A stretch of DNA of 20,000 nt from an uncultured virus (IMG/VR IMGVR_UViG_3300007216_003109) (IMGVR_UViG_3300007216_003109); one strand, 5' to 3'; numbered from the stretch's first letter, positions 1 through 7,300 are shown. The notes: generated from the letters alone by a model not told the origin. Numbers and translations: made by a program.

Positions 1-98
1 TTAAAGATGAAAATAAAGCATTTGGTGTAGATGGTATATATAAAAACCCACCTTATTTAGTTGATAATGAGATTAGTGTTGGTAGAATGAAGTATTAG
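1..98 (+). CDS. 3' end of a CDS truncated by the window edge (...KDENKAFGVDGIYKNPPYLVDNEISVGRMKY*)
   Basis: Frame 3 is open from position 3 to TAG 96-98. The stop overlaps the stop of the convergent gene (95-97). Confidence 0.5.
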   Translation, partial: KDENKAFGVDGIYKNPPYLVDNEISVGRMKY

Positions 99-628
99 CT
101 TTTTGTTTCAATTGCTTTTACAACTTCATATAAAAGCTTCTCAAGATTCTCTTTGCTTTCTTTTTTAAGCATGGATGAAATTTTGGATAAAATATGTTCG
201 GAACCAGAATTGAGTGCAGAAATTAAATTCTCTTCTTCATTTTCTTCGGTAGGCATTGGTTCTTCATCGTGATCAAGGTAATGCTTAACTGAGTTTAAAT
301 AATCAGCAGCTTTAGTAATCTTTGAAGATACCCATGCTTCAACGTCAGACTTATCTTTAAGTGAATTATAGATACTAATAGCATGGTATACAGCATTATA
401 AAGCTCACTTTTAGCCATGTCTACATCATCATGACCATTATTACTATGTGTTGCACAATCGTGGCATTCACATTCTTCAGAATGACCCGGCTTTTTAATC
501 TTTAAAACTGTAGGTACATTTGTGGAAATACCTTGGCTTGAATCAGCCTGTGGTCCAAGATCAACTGTTCCTTCTGTAACAACAGTTAAATAAGCGTTAT
601 TCAGCTTTAATAAATCATCTCTGAACAT
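95..628 (-). CDS. Phage hypothetical protein, putative late/internal head protein
   Basis: 177 aa. The segment DMAKSEL...EAWVSSKITKAADYL resembles a motif I recognise from T4-like phage hypotheticals. TAAATA box 5 nt upstream. Confidence 0.75.
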   Translation of the reverse strand: MFRDDLLKLNNAYLTVVTEGTVDLGPQADSSQGISTNVPTVLKIKKPGHSEECECHDCATHSNNGHDDVDMAKSELYNAVYHAISIYNSLKDKSDVEAWVSSKITKAADYLNSVKHYLDHDEEPMPTEENEEENLISALNSGSEHILSKISSMLKKESKENLEKLLYEVVKAIETKS

Positions 629-641
629 ATAAATATTTATT
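628..641. promoter_or_regulatory. Overlapping divergent T4-like late promoters
   Basis: TATAAATA on + (628-635) and AATAAATA on - (634-641) share the palindrome ATAAATATTTAT (629-640) in a 17-bp gap between divergent starts. Confidence 0.7.
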
Positions 642-645
642 AGAT

Positions 646-948
646 ATGAAGAGTTTTTCTAAAATTTTTGCCGAATCAATTTCAAATGAAATTAAATTTA
701 TAGAGGAAAAAAAGTCGGCACGCTGTACAAAATCAACCCAAAAGGCTTCCTCTACTCGTCCGGGGAAGAAGTGGATGAAGTGTGTAAAATCAGGTAGTGG
801 ATACAAGAGAATTCATTGGGGGCAAGCAGGGGTTAGAGTAACAGGTAAGTCTGGTAATACAAAGCGTAAGAAATCATTTAGAGCGCGTCATAAGTGTAGC
901 TCTGCTAAGCCTGGTACTCCGAGATACCAAGCATGTAAGGATTGGTAA
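646..948 (+). CDS. Small basic Cys-containing phage protein (DUF6321-like), putative internal head protein
   Basis: Lys/Arg-rich. C-terminal RKKSFRARHKC...RYQAC..W resembles the 'SFRARHxC' motif of aquatic myovirus proteins. N-terminus MKSFSKIFAE. Confidence 0.7.
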   Translation: MKSFSKIFAESISNEIKFIEEKKSARCTKSTQKASSTRPGKKWMKCVKSGSGYKRIHWGQAGVRVTGKSGNTKRKKSFRARHKCSSAKPGTPRYQACKDW

Positions 949-1103
949 TGAGAATCTTTGATTCATATATAAAAGCTATTTTAGAAAAAGCTGAAAAGCG
1001 TAGATTAGATCCAAAATGTTGGGCTGGTTACCGCAAGGCTGGTACAAAGTTAAAGGACGATGTAAGAGTTAATAAGTGTGTCAAAGTAAAAAAGAAGAAA
1101 TAA
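948..1103 (+). CDS. 51-aa basic phage protein missing from the ORF track
   Basis: TAATG coupling at 946-950. Translates to MRIFDSYIKAILEKAEKRRLDPKCWAGYRKAGTKLKDDVRVNKCVKVKKKK*. The CWxGYxKxGxK...NxCV motif resembles T4-like phage hypotheticals. Confidence 0.75.
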   Translation: MRIFDSYIKAILEKAEKRRLDPKCWAGYRKAGTKLKDDVRVNKCVKVKKKK

Positions 1104-1123
1104 GTTTAATTCGAAAAAAAAGT

Positions 1124-1131
1124 TATAAGTA
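1124..1131 (+). promoter_or_regulatory. Late promoter variant TATAAGTA
   Basis: One mismatch to TATAAATA, 5 nt before GTG 1137. Confidence 0.5.
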
Positions 1132-1136
1132 TTTGA

Positions 1137-1340
1137 GTGAAATACTATAAGAAAAGTCAGCTTAAGTCTGATATTGAGTATGTTCAGCTGACATCAGATT
1201 TCATTTTAAATCTATATGAGAAAACTAAAGAAATGAAAAAAGATGATAAGAATATAATGATGGATCATATTCAGAATTTTTCACAGCATTTAAATGAGTA
1301 TATAGAGAAGCCTAATAAGATTTCATTGCTTAAGAAGTAA
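1137..1340 (+). CDS. Hypothetical protein
   Basis: 67-aa ORF filling the gap, with a late box upstream. Confidence 0.55.
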   Translation: MKYYKKSQLKSDIEYVQLTSDFILNLYEKTKEMKKDDKNIMMDHIQNFSQHLNEYIEKPNKISLLKK

Positions 1341-1346
1341 TAAATA
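1339..1346 (+). promoter_or_regulatory. Late promoter AATAAATA
   Basis: 5 nt before ATG 1352. Confidence 0.6.
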
Positions 1347-1351
1347 TATAC

Positions 1352-1777
1352 ATGATAAGCTTTAAAACATACTTCGAATCTAACGTTTTGAAGCTATATG
1401 AAACAATCTATTTAGAAAATCTTGGTGAATTAAAAGCAATGTCAGATTCAGGCAATAGTGCATATAATGTTTTAGATGGAAGAGATATTGAAATATTTGA
1501 TAATGGTAAGAAAGTAAAATTTCTAAGTACAGAAAGAAACCTGCCTGTTGAAAAAGATATTGTTGATACAATTAAAATTCATATCGGATCAAATGTAAAT
1601 GAAGATAGACCTGTAGTATCGTTTAATATAAAATTTAAAAGCAATGAATATAAGAATATTCAGTTCTCAATTGCTGATAGAAGTGGTAATGAAACTCCGA
1701 TACTATTAGGTAGAGAGTTTTTTGAAACGTTAAAAAACTCTTCTAATAAAGACGTTTTTATTAAAACTACTGATTAA
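1352..1777 (+). CDS. Retropepsin-like aspartic peptidase (RimK-associated 'Zn_protease' family)
   Basis: KAMSDSGN provides the D-[ST]-G catalytic motif. RPVV, IADRS and PILLGREF match the family's C-terminal DR...LLGR signature. Confidence 0.75.
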   Translation: MISFKTYFESNVLKLYETIYLENLGELKAMSDSGNSAYNVLDGRDIEIFDNGKKVKFLSTERNLPVEKDIVDTIKIHIGSNVNEDRPVVSFNIKFKSNEYKNIQFSIADRSGNETPILLGREFFETLKNSSNKDVFIKTTD

Positions 1778-2433
1778 TAATTCTTGTGCATGTCAGTAAC
1801 GAACTGATAATATTCAGCACGTACAGCAGGGTCATTCATATAATCACCAGATAGCTTGCTAGTCTTCATTTCACAACCATCGTGCTTAATCCCACGTAAG
1901 CATGCGCAAGTATGAGTTGCGGAAATTACTACTGCAACCCCTCTATTACCTTCACAGACTTCATCAATAGCCTTGTGAACTTGACCAGTTAATCCTTCTT
2001 GAATCTGAGGTCTACGAGAATAAAACTCAACAATACGATTAAGTTTTGACAGCCCAATTACCCGTCCTTCCTTCGAAGGAATGTATGCAACATAAGCTTT
2101 ACCAACAAAGGGTAGGTGATGATGTGAACAGAGACTCTTTACTGGTATACCGCCTTGAAACACCATACCATCATAACCACCATCATTAGGAAAAGAAGTG
2201 ACTTTAGGTGGATTATTATAACAACCTGCAGCTAAGTCCTCTACAAATGCTTTTGCAACACGTCTAGGTGTATTTGTGCTGTTGGGATCATTACGCCAAT
2301 CAAAACCTAATGCGTCTAAGTATTGTTCATAAGCTTTTGCAGCCTTCTCAATAATAACATGTTTTTCGTCTTCGGTACGTGGATGATTGCCATTTGCGTA
2401 CGGTAATAAAATAGGAATTCCTCTATCGCTCAT
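1774..2433 (-). CDS. folE: GTP cyclohydrolase I
   Basis: TPRRVAK, SLCSHHHLPF, GLSKLNRIV, RRPQIQE and HTCACLRG motifs. Confidence 0.95.
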   Translation of the reverse strand: MSDRGIPILLPYANGNHPRTEDEKHVIIEKAAKAYEQYLDALGFDWRNDPNSTNTPRRVAKAFVEDLAAGCYNNPPKVTSFPNDGGYDGMVFQGGIPVKSLCSHHHLPFVGKAYVAYIPSKEGRVIGLSKLNRIVEFYSRRPQIQEGLTGQVHKAIDEVCEGNRGVAVVISATHTCACLRGIKHDGCEMKTSKLSGDYMNDPAVRAEYYQFVTDMHKNY

Positions 2434-2439
2434 ATTATC

Positions 2440-2466
2440 ATTTTATAACATTTTTATCGATTTCAA
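2440..2466 (-). promoter_or_regulatory. Sigma70-like promoter of folE
   Basis: Minus strand TTGAAA (2466-2461), 15 nt, TAAAAT (2445-2440), then 6 nt to ATG. Confidence 0.5.
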
Positions 2467-2469
2467 GAT

Positions 2470-2477
2470 AATAAATA
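2470..2477 (+). promoter_or_regulatory. Late promoter AATAAATA
   Basis: 9 nt before ATG 2487. Confidence 0.5.
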
Positions 2478-2486
2478 ATATTAAGA

Positions 2487-2888
2487 ATGAAATTTAAGAA
2501 AACAATAGACAATAATTTGAAAAATTTTGGTCTCAAAAGAATTAGAATTAAATTTGACCCTTTAAACAAAACACATGAAACATATAGAGCATACAATAGT
2601 TATGAAGGTTATGTACTAGAAGAAGATGAGAAGTCTGTTTCTGTTTTTGTAATTAATTCGCCTGAAGACTTGGATCCATTTATAGATGTACCTCATGATA
2701 TGATTAATGTATCTCCTAAGCTAGATCAATTTAAAAATTTTCTTTTTACCAAATTAAACGAAAATTCTAAATTAATAGAAATGATACGTAATCTTGGTGA
2801 TATAGTTTCAATTGAAGCTATTTTAAAAGATAATGGTCTTAGTGATGAGTCACTAAAAGACTTGTATAGAGAGTATATTTTATCATAA
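2487..2888 (+). CDS. Hypothetical phage protein
   Basis: 133 aa. RIRIKFDP...SYEGYVLEE suggests a small beta-barrel followed by a helical tail (inference). Confidence 0.7.
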   Translation: MKFKKTIDNNLKNFGLKRIRIKFDPLNKTHETYRAYNSYEGYVLEEDEKSVSVFVINSPEDLDPFIDVPHDMINVSPKLDQFKNFLFTKLNENSKLIEMIRNLGDIVSIEAILKDNGLSDESLKDLYREYILS

Positions 2889-2891
2889 ATA
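2884..2891 (+). promoter_or_regulatory. Late promoter CATAAATA
   Basis: 5 nt before ATG 2897. Confidence 0.6.
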
Positions 2892-2896
2892 TCTAT

Positions 2897-3244
2897 ATGA
2901 CTAATTTTGATGCAAGGTATAATGAATTGATGAGTGAAGGGCTACGCACAGGTCTTGCTAAAGGTATTGGTATGGCAGGTAAACTAATGACATTCCCTAA
3001 GAGATTAGATACTGGTATTGCAAACGTATTAAGAGGCCAATCTGCAGATACAGAACGTATGATAGGTGGTAAAGCATACGGTGAACCAGTAGGAGCTGTT
3101 CCAAAAGGCGGTAGGGCGGAAGAGTTTTCTGATCTTGAAAAAGAATTAACTTTGGCCATGAGAAGACTCAGATTAACACCTAATGATAAGAAACTACAGG
3201 CGCAAGTAGCAGATTTGCAGAAAAAAATAATGTCTGTAAGATAA
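2897..3244 (+). CDS. Hypothetical protein, putative internal head protein
   Basis: 115 aa. N-terminus MTNFDARYNELMSE, Gly-rich middle, coiled-coil-like end. Confidence 0.65.
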   Translation: MTNFDARYNELMSEGLRTGLAKGIGMAGKLMTFPKRLDTGIANVLRGQSADTERMIGGKAYGEPVGAVPKGGRAEEFSDLEKELTLAMRRLRLTPNDKKLQAQVADLQKKIMSVR

Positions 3245-3262
3245 TTATTTTTAAAATAATAG

Positions 3263-3290
3263 TTGATTTCTTCTAAATATTAATTATAAT
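3263..3290 (+). promoter_or_regulatory. Sigma70-like promoter P1 upstream of queD
   Basis: TTGATT-N16-TATAAT. Confidence 0.6.
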
Positions 3291-3332
3291 AATACGGTAT
3301 TACAAAGATATTTTGTCCTAAGATGTTTTAAG

Positions 3333-3360
3333 TTGATAATGTGTTAACTGATATTATAAT
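3333..3360 (+). promoter_or_regulatory. Sigma70-like promoter P2 upstream of queD
   Basis: TTGATA-N16-TATAAT, 6 nt before ATG 3367. Confidence 0.65.
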
Positions 3361-3366
3361 AATTTT

Positions 3367-4032
3367 ATGAGTTACCAAAGTACAAAAATAATTGAATTGG
3401 GTAGTTGTGCATTTAGACAGTGGAGAGCTGATCATAGTCACTGTCATTTTATACATGGATATAGATTAGTTGCAAAATTTTGGTTTTCATGTGATAAGCT
3501 AGACGATAAGAATTGGGTTGTGGATTTTGGTGGTTTAAAAGAATTAAAAAATATTTTAGAGAAACAGTTTGATCATACATTCTGTGTATCTGCAGATGAT
3601 CCTTTACTTTCATACTTTAAACAGCTACATGATCTTGGAGCAGTAGATCTTAGGGTAATGGAAAATGGTGTAGGTATAGAAAGAACAGCAGAGTGGTGCT
3701 TTAATCAAGCTGATAAACATATTAGAGAATTAACTAACAATCGTTGCTGTGTTGATAGAGTAGAAGTATGGGAACACGAAAAGAATTCTGCTATATACTC
3801 AGTAGATAGACCAGGCTGTTGCAAGGATAAACATAAACATAATGCTGAGCAATATGAATTAAATTTTCAAACTACAACACAGTCTTTAGAGCAAACACCA
3901 GTCTCAACTACAGTAGCAGCACCTGCACCTGAAGTACAACATGCTGCTAACAATGCTATACCTGCTCAAGTAGGTAATAAGGTATCAACCGGTTTTGGTA
4001 ATTTATTTGGTGGTACAAGCTGGGGATCATGA
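3367..4032 (+). CDS. queD: 6-carboxy-5,6,7,8-tetrahydropterin synthase (PTPS family) with C-terminal extension
   Basis: CHFIHGY (CxxxHG), VVDFGGLK, FDH and VEVWE motifs. About 75 extra C-terminal residues. Confidence 0.88.
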   Translation: MSYQSTKIIELGSCAFRQWRADHSHCHFIHGYRLVAKFWFSCDKLDDKNWVVDFGGLKELKNILEKQFDHTFCVSADDPLLSYFKQLHDLGAVDLRVMENGVGIERTAEWCFNQADKHIRELTNNRCCVDRVEVWEHEKNSAIYSVDRPGCCKDKHKHNAEQYELNFQTTTQSLEQTPVSTTVAAPAPEVQHAANNAIPAQVGNKVSTGFGNLFGGTSWGS

Positions 4033-4301
4033 ACCTTTCTGATCTGTACACATCTAGTGTTGCAGGTAGAGGGTCAATCAATACAACTGGGTTAACATCT
4101 ACTAAAGGCTTACAAACTCAATTTGAAAGAGATCCCACTACAAAAAAACTTGAAAGTGATTTAAATAAAACATTATCAAATATTTTTAAAAAAGAAGAAC
4201 CTATTAAAAAAGAGACTACTTTAACACCGGCAATTGAAGATGATGCACAACAAAATGTATTGAAAGCTCTTGAAGAGCTGAAAAAGCTTAACGCACTTTA
4301 G
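4029..4301 (+). CDS. Hypothetical protein
   Basis: 90 aa, ATGA overlap with the queD stop. Confidence 0.6.
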   Translation: MNLSDLYTSSVAGRGSINTTGLTSTKGLQTQFERDPTTKKLESDLNKTLSNIFKKEEPIKKETTLTPAIEDDAQQNVLKALEELKKLNAL

Positions 4302-5034
4302 TTTTAATTGTTGATACAACTTTAACTATAAACTTCAGTAATTTACTTCTTGTAATATCTTCTTCTGTAAAACGAAATGTATTAATACCGTGTTGCTTAC
4401 TATCTTCAGAATCAAAAGCATCCATTATTTTAGCAAAGCCTGTGCGTTCAAAAATATCTGACTGTCTTGTATCTCCTATAATAAACAACTTACAATTTTT
4501 ACCAAATCTAGTTAATATTGTAACTAATTCACTATGTTCTAAGTTTTGTGCTTCATCTACAATAACTACACTGTTTGCAAAAGTACTACCTCTTAAAAAA
4601 TTTACAGGCACACATTTTAAATAATCACTATCAAAAAGCATATTTGTTACTTGCTTACCTACTAATTCGTCACACTTTTCTATAAGAGGTATACTCCATG
4701 GTTTAAATTTTTCATCTACCTCACCGGGCAAGCTACCCAGCTTTCTATGTGCAGATTCAACTATACTTCTTATATAGATAACTTCATCTATCTTCTTATC
4801 CCTTAGCATTGTTAGCGCTACATATGTAGCTAGGTATGTCTTAGATGTGCCTGCTGGACCGTCACAAAACATTATTAGAGATAAATCATCCATAGCCTTC
4901 TCTACAAAGGCTTTGTGGTGGTCGTTAAGATGAAACTTCTGATCAACTTTAAAATTTAAAAGAATATCAGATCGAATTATCTTATTTTCATCATACTTGG
5001 CAGCTTTTTTAAGCTGTCTTTCTTTCTTCGACAT
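4288..5034 (-). CDS. phoH: PhoH-family ATPase
   Basis: GPAGTSKT, LGSLPG, FLRGSTF, VDEAQN, TRFG and GDTRQSD motifs. Confidence 0.93.
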   Translation of the reverse strand: MSKKERQLKKAAKYDENKIIRSDILLNFKVDQKFHLNDHHKAFVEKAMDDLSLIMFCDGPAGTSKTYLATYVALTMLRDKKIDEVIYIRSIVESAHRKLGSLPGEVDEKFKPWSIPLIEKCDELVGKQVTNMLFDSDYLKCVPVNFLRGSTFANSVVIVDEAQNLEHSELVTILTRFGKNCKLFIIGDTRQSDIFERTGFAKIMDAFDSEDSKQHGINTFRFTEEDITRSKLLKFIVKVVSTIKTKVR

Positions 5035-5041
5035 CTACTAT

Positions 5042-5049
5042 TATTTATT
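5042..5049 (-). promoter_or_regulatory. Late promoter AATAAATA of phoH
   Basis: tatttatt on + strand, 7 nt before the minus-strand ATG at 5034. Confidence 0.55.
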
Positions 5050-5050
5050 C

Positions 5051-5078
5051 TGGAAAAACTGTATTTGTACTGTATAAT
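5051..5078 (+). promoter_or_regulatory. Sigma70-like promoter
   Basis: TGGAAA-N16-TATAAT, 8 nt before ATG 5087. Confidence 0.5.
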
Positions 5079-5086
5079 GTACAAAA

Positions 5087-5305
5087 ATGAGTAAAAAAAT
5101 TAACGTAGAGTTATCAGACATAGAATATGAAAATTTAAAATACACTTTAGGTGATTTTAAGAGAATTACTAGAGATTCATATTATAGATTTGTTAAAACA
5201 GAATATGTATATTCGGATGATATAACTAATAAAGAAAGACATGATTCTGCACTCGGTTTGTATAAAAAGTTAGTTGAAGATTTACAAGAAGATAATAAAA
5301 TCTAG
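5087..5305 (+). CDS. Hypothetical protein
   Basis: 72 aa, ends 2 nt before queE. Confidence 0.6.
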   Translation: MSKKINVELSDIEYENLKYTLGDFKRITRDSYYRFVKTEYVYSDDITNKERHDSALGLYKKLVEDLQEDNKI

Positions 5306-5307
5306 TT

Positions 5308-6051
5308 ATGGAAAATACCATTTTTTTGAGTGATGATAAGATCTTCTATACTATAGAAGGTGAAGGTGAGTTTGTTGGTTATCCTTCTGTATTCATGCGC
5401 TTGTCAATGTGTAACCTAACTTGTAAAGGTTTTATATCTGCAGACTCACCACATGGTTGTGATAGTTTTGTCAGTTGGTCAGTAAAGAATCGAATGACAT
5501 TTGACGAAATATTTGATTACATGGCTCAAAATTCCTACAATTGCAGACTACGTGATGGAGCAATATGGAAAATTACAGGTGGTGAGCCTTTAATTCAACA
5601 AAAGCAATTATTAAAACTAGTTGATGCTTATGTAGAGCGCTTTGGCTATACTCCCGTTATTGATTTTGAAACTAACGCCACAATTGAACCTGATGAAGAA
5701 TGGGTTACAAAGTTTAGAGCCACCTTTACAACTTCACCTAAGCTATCTAATAATGGCGATCCTGAAGAAAAAAGATATAAACCAGCAGTACTAAGATGGC
5801 ATGTACAAAATGGTTCTGGTTTTAAATTTGTTATTAATAATGAATCTGACTTAGATGAAGTATTTGAAAAATACATACATCACCCGGACGTATTAGTTCC
5901 CTCAAATAGAGTGTGGTTAATGCCATGCTGTGGTAGTAGACAGGAGCATTCTGAAAAGGCAGCTATGGTTGCGGAATTATGTAAGAAGCACAACTTTAAC
6001 TTTAGTCCAAGACTACAGCTAGTTATTTGGGATAAAGCCCTGAAGGTTTAG
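5308..6051 (+). CDS. queE: 7-carboxy-7-deazaguanine synthase (radical SAM)
   Basis: FYTIEGEG, FMRLSMCNLTC...CDS, ITGGEP, ETNAT, SPK and PRLQLVIW motifs, in context with folE and queD. Confidence 0.9.
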   Translation: MENTIFLSDDKIFYTIEGEGEFVGYPSVFMRLSMCNLTCKGFISADSPHGCDSFVSWSVKNRMTFDEIFDYMAQNSYNCRLRDGAIWKITGGEPLIQQKQLLKLVDAYVERFGYTPVIDFETNATIEPDEEWVTKFRATFTTSPKLSNNGDPEEKRYKPAVLRWHVQNGSGFKFVINNESDLDEVFEKYIHHPDVLVPSNRVWLMPCCGSRQEHSEKAAMVAELCKKHNFNFSPRLQLVIWDKALKV

Positions 6052-6059
6052 TATAAATA
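6052..6059 (+). promoter_or_regulatory. T4-like late promoter TATAAATA
   Basis: Exact consensus, 5 nt before GTG 6065. Confidence 0.7.
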
Positions 6060-6064
6060 TTAGA

Positions 6065-6325
6065 GTGATAAGTTTTTCTAAGTTTTATACAGAAAAAACA
6101 GATTTAGAACCTAATGAATTAAAAGTAGGAGACAAGGTTTCTAACTGTAATCCGGAATGTAAGCATTTTAAAAGCACCGGAGTAGTTAAAAAAGTGATAA
6201 AGATTAAAGGCAAAAAAGGCAATATAGTAGGTAACAAAATAAAATATAAGTGTAATAATGATGGTAAAAACTTTGGTAAAGGTGATGAATTGGAAAAGAC
6301 AGAAATACAATTGAAAAAGGTTTAA
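6065..6325 (+). CDS. Small basic SH3/KOW-like phage protein, putative internal head protein
   Basis: LKVGDKV...NPECKHFKSTGVV. Lys-rich. N-terminus MISFSKFYTE. Confidence 0.65.
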   Translation: MISFSKFYTEKTDLEPNELKVGDKVSNCNPECKHFKSTGVVKKVIKIKGKKGNIVGNKIKYKCNNDGKNFGKGDELEKTEIQLKKV

Positions 6326-6338
6326 TATAATATAAAAT
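6311..6338 (+). promoter_or_regulatory. Sigma70-like promoter
   Basis: TTGAAA-N16-TAAAAT, 7 nt before ATG 6346. Confidence 0.55.
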
Positions 6339-6345
6339 ATATTCA

Positions 6346-7080
6346 ATGAGAATAGCTGTATCTGGGACGGCTTGTCAAGGTAAAACCACCTTTATAAATG
6401 ATTTTAAAAAAGAATGGCCGATGTATGAAATTGTTGAATCAAGCTATAGAAAGCTAGTTAAAGACGGAACTCATAGTAAAAAAGCTACACAAGATAATCA
6501 GTGGAAAATTTTAAATTGCTTAATTGATGATCTACAGAAACACGGCTCGAAAGGCAATAAAGTAATATTTGATAGATGTCCTCTCGATAATATAGTTTAC
6601 TCAATATGGGGAAATGAAAAAAACAAAGAAGAGTTTGATGATGCATTTATAGAGAAATGTATACCTCTCGTTAGAGAATCAATGAGATACCTAGACATTT
6701 TATTCTTTATACCTATTACAAAATTATCACCTGTACCTATTTCAAACAAAGATGATAGAGAAACTGATGAAGCATACATTAAAGAAATAGACCATATATT
6801 CAAAGGTATTGTTCATCAAATAGTACGTTCAGGAGTATCAGCATTTTTTCCAAAGGATGATTCGCCCGGGATTATAGAAATTTTTGGCAAGCCAGAAGAG
6901 AGAATTCAGTTAGCTAGATATTATTTAAATGCAGATGGTGATCTTATTGGTGAAGAAGCAAGCGTTCTTAATTCATTAGATGAAAATACTATTCAACAGC
7001 TTCTAGATGAACAAAAGGATATCCTTGCTAAAGAAAAGAAAGAAAAAGATTTTTATAAAAGACTGATTATTGATAAATAA
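6346..7080 (+). CDS. P-loop nucleotide kinase-like protein (AAA_28 / dNMP kinase-like)
   Basis: N-terminal RIAVSGTACQGKTT Walker A and IFDRCPLD (DR motif of NMP/dN kinases). Confidence 0.75.
   Translation: MRIAVSGTACQGKTTFINDFKKEWPMYEIVESSYRKLVKDGTHSKKATQDNQWKILNCLIDDLQKHGSKGNKVIFDRCPLDNIVYSIWGNEKNKEEFDDAFIEKCIPLVRESMRYLDILFFIPITKLSPVPISNKDDRETDEAYIKEIDHIFKGIVHQIVRSGVSAFFPKDDSPGIIEIFGKPEERIQLARYYLNADGDLIGEEASVLNSLDENTIQQLLDEQKDILAKEKKEKDFYKRLIIDK
7072..7079 (+). promoter_or_regulatory. Late promoter GATAAATA
   Basis: 5 nt before GTG 7085. Confidence 0.55.
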
Positions 7081-7084
7081 TTAG

Positions 7085-7300
7085 GTGAATAATTTTGAAA
7101 AGAACTATAATAAGATATACGAAAACTATAGTTCAATGAAATTTTTTAAACGAGTTTTTTATCCTAGAAATTTAAAATTATCTGACGAGTTTATAAACGC
7201 GTTTAAAAAAGAATATAAAAGATTATTAGACGAAGGCCACAATTCTAAGAGAATTCTTGATTTAATTTCTAAAGCATTAATTTTCCACGCTAAGAAATAA
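7085..7300 (+). CDS. Hypothetical protein, putative internal head protein
   Basis: 71 aa, N-terminus MNNFEKNYNKIYE. Confidence 0.6.
   Translation: MNNFEKNYNKIYENYSSMKFFKRVFYPRNLKLSDEFINAFKKEYKRLLDEGHNSKRILDLISKALIFHAKK

Noticed and set aside
3291..3366. Possible preQ1 riboswitch upstream of queD
   Set aside because: No recognisable P1 stem, conserved loop or A-rich 3' tail of preQ1-I. The sequence is explained by a second promoter.
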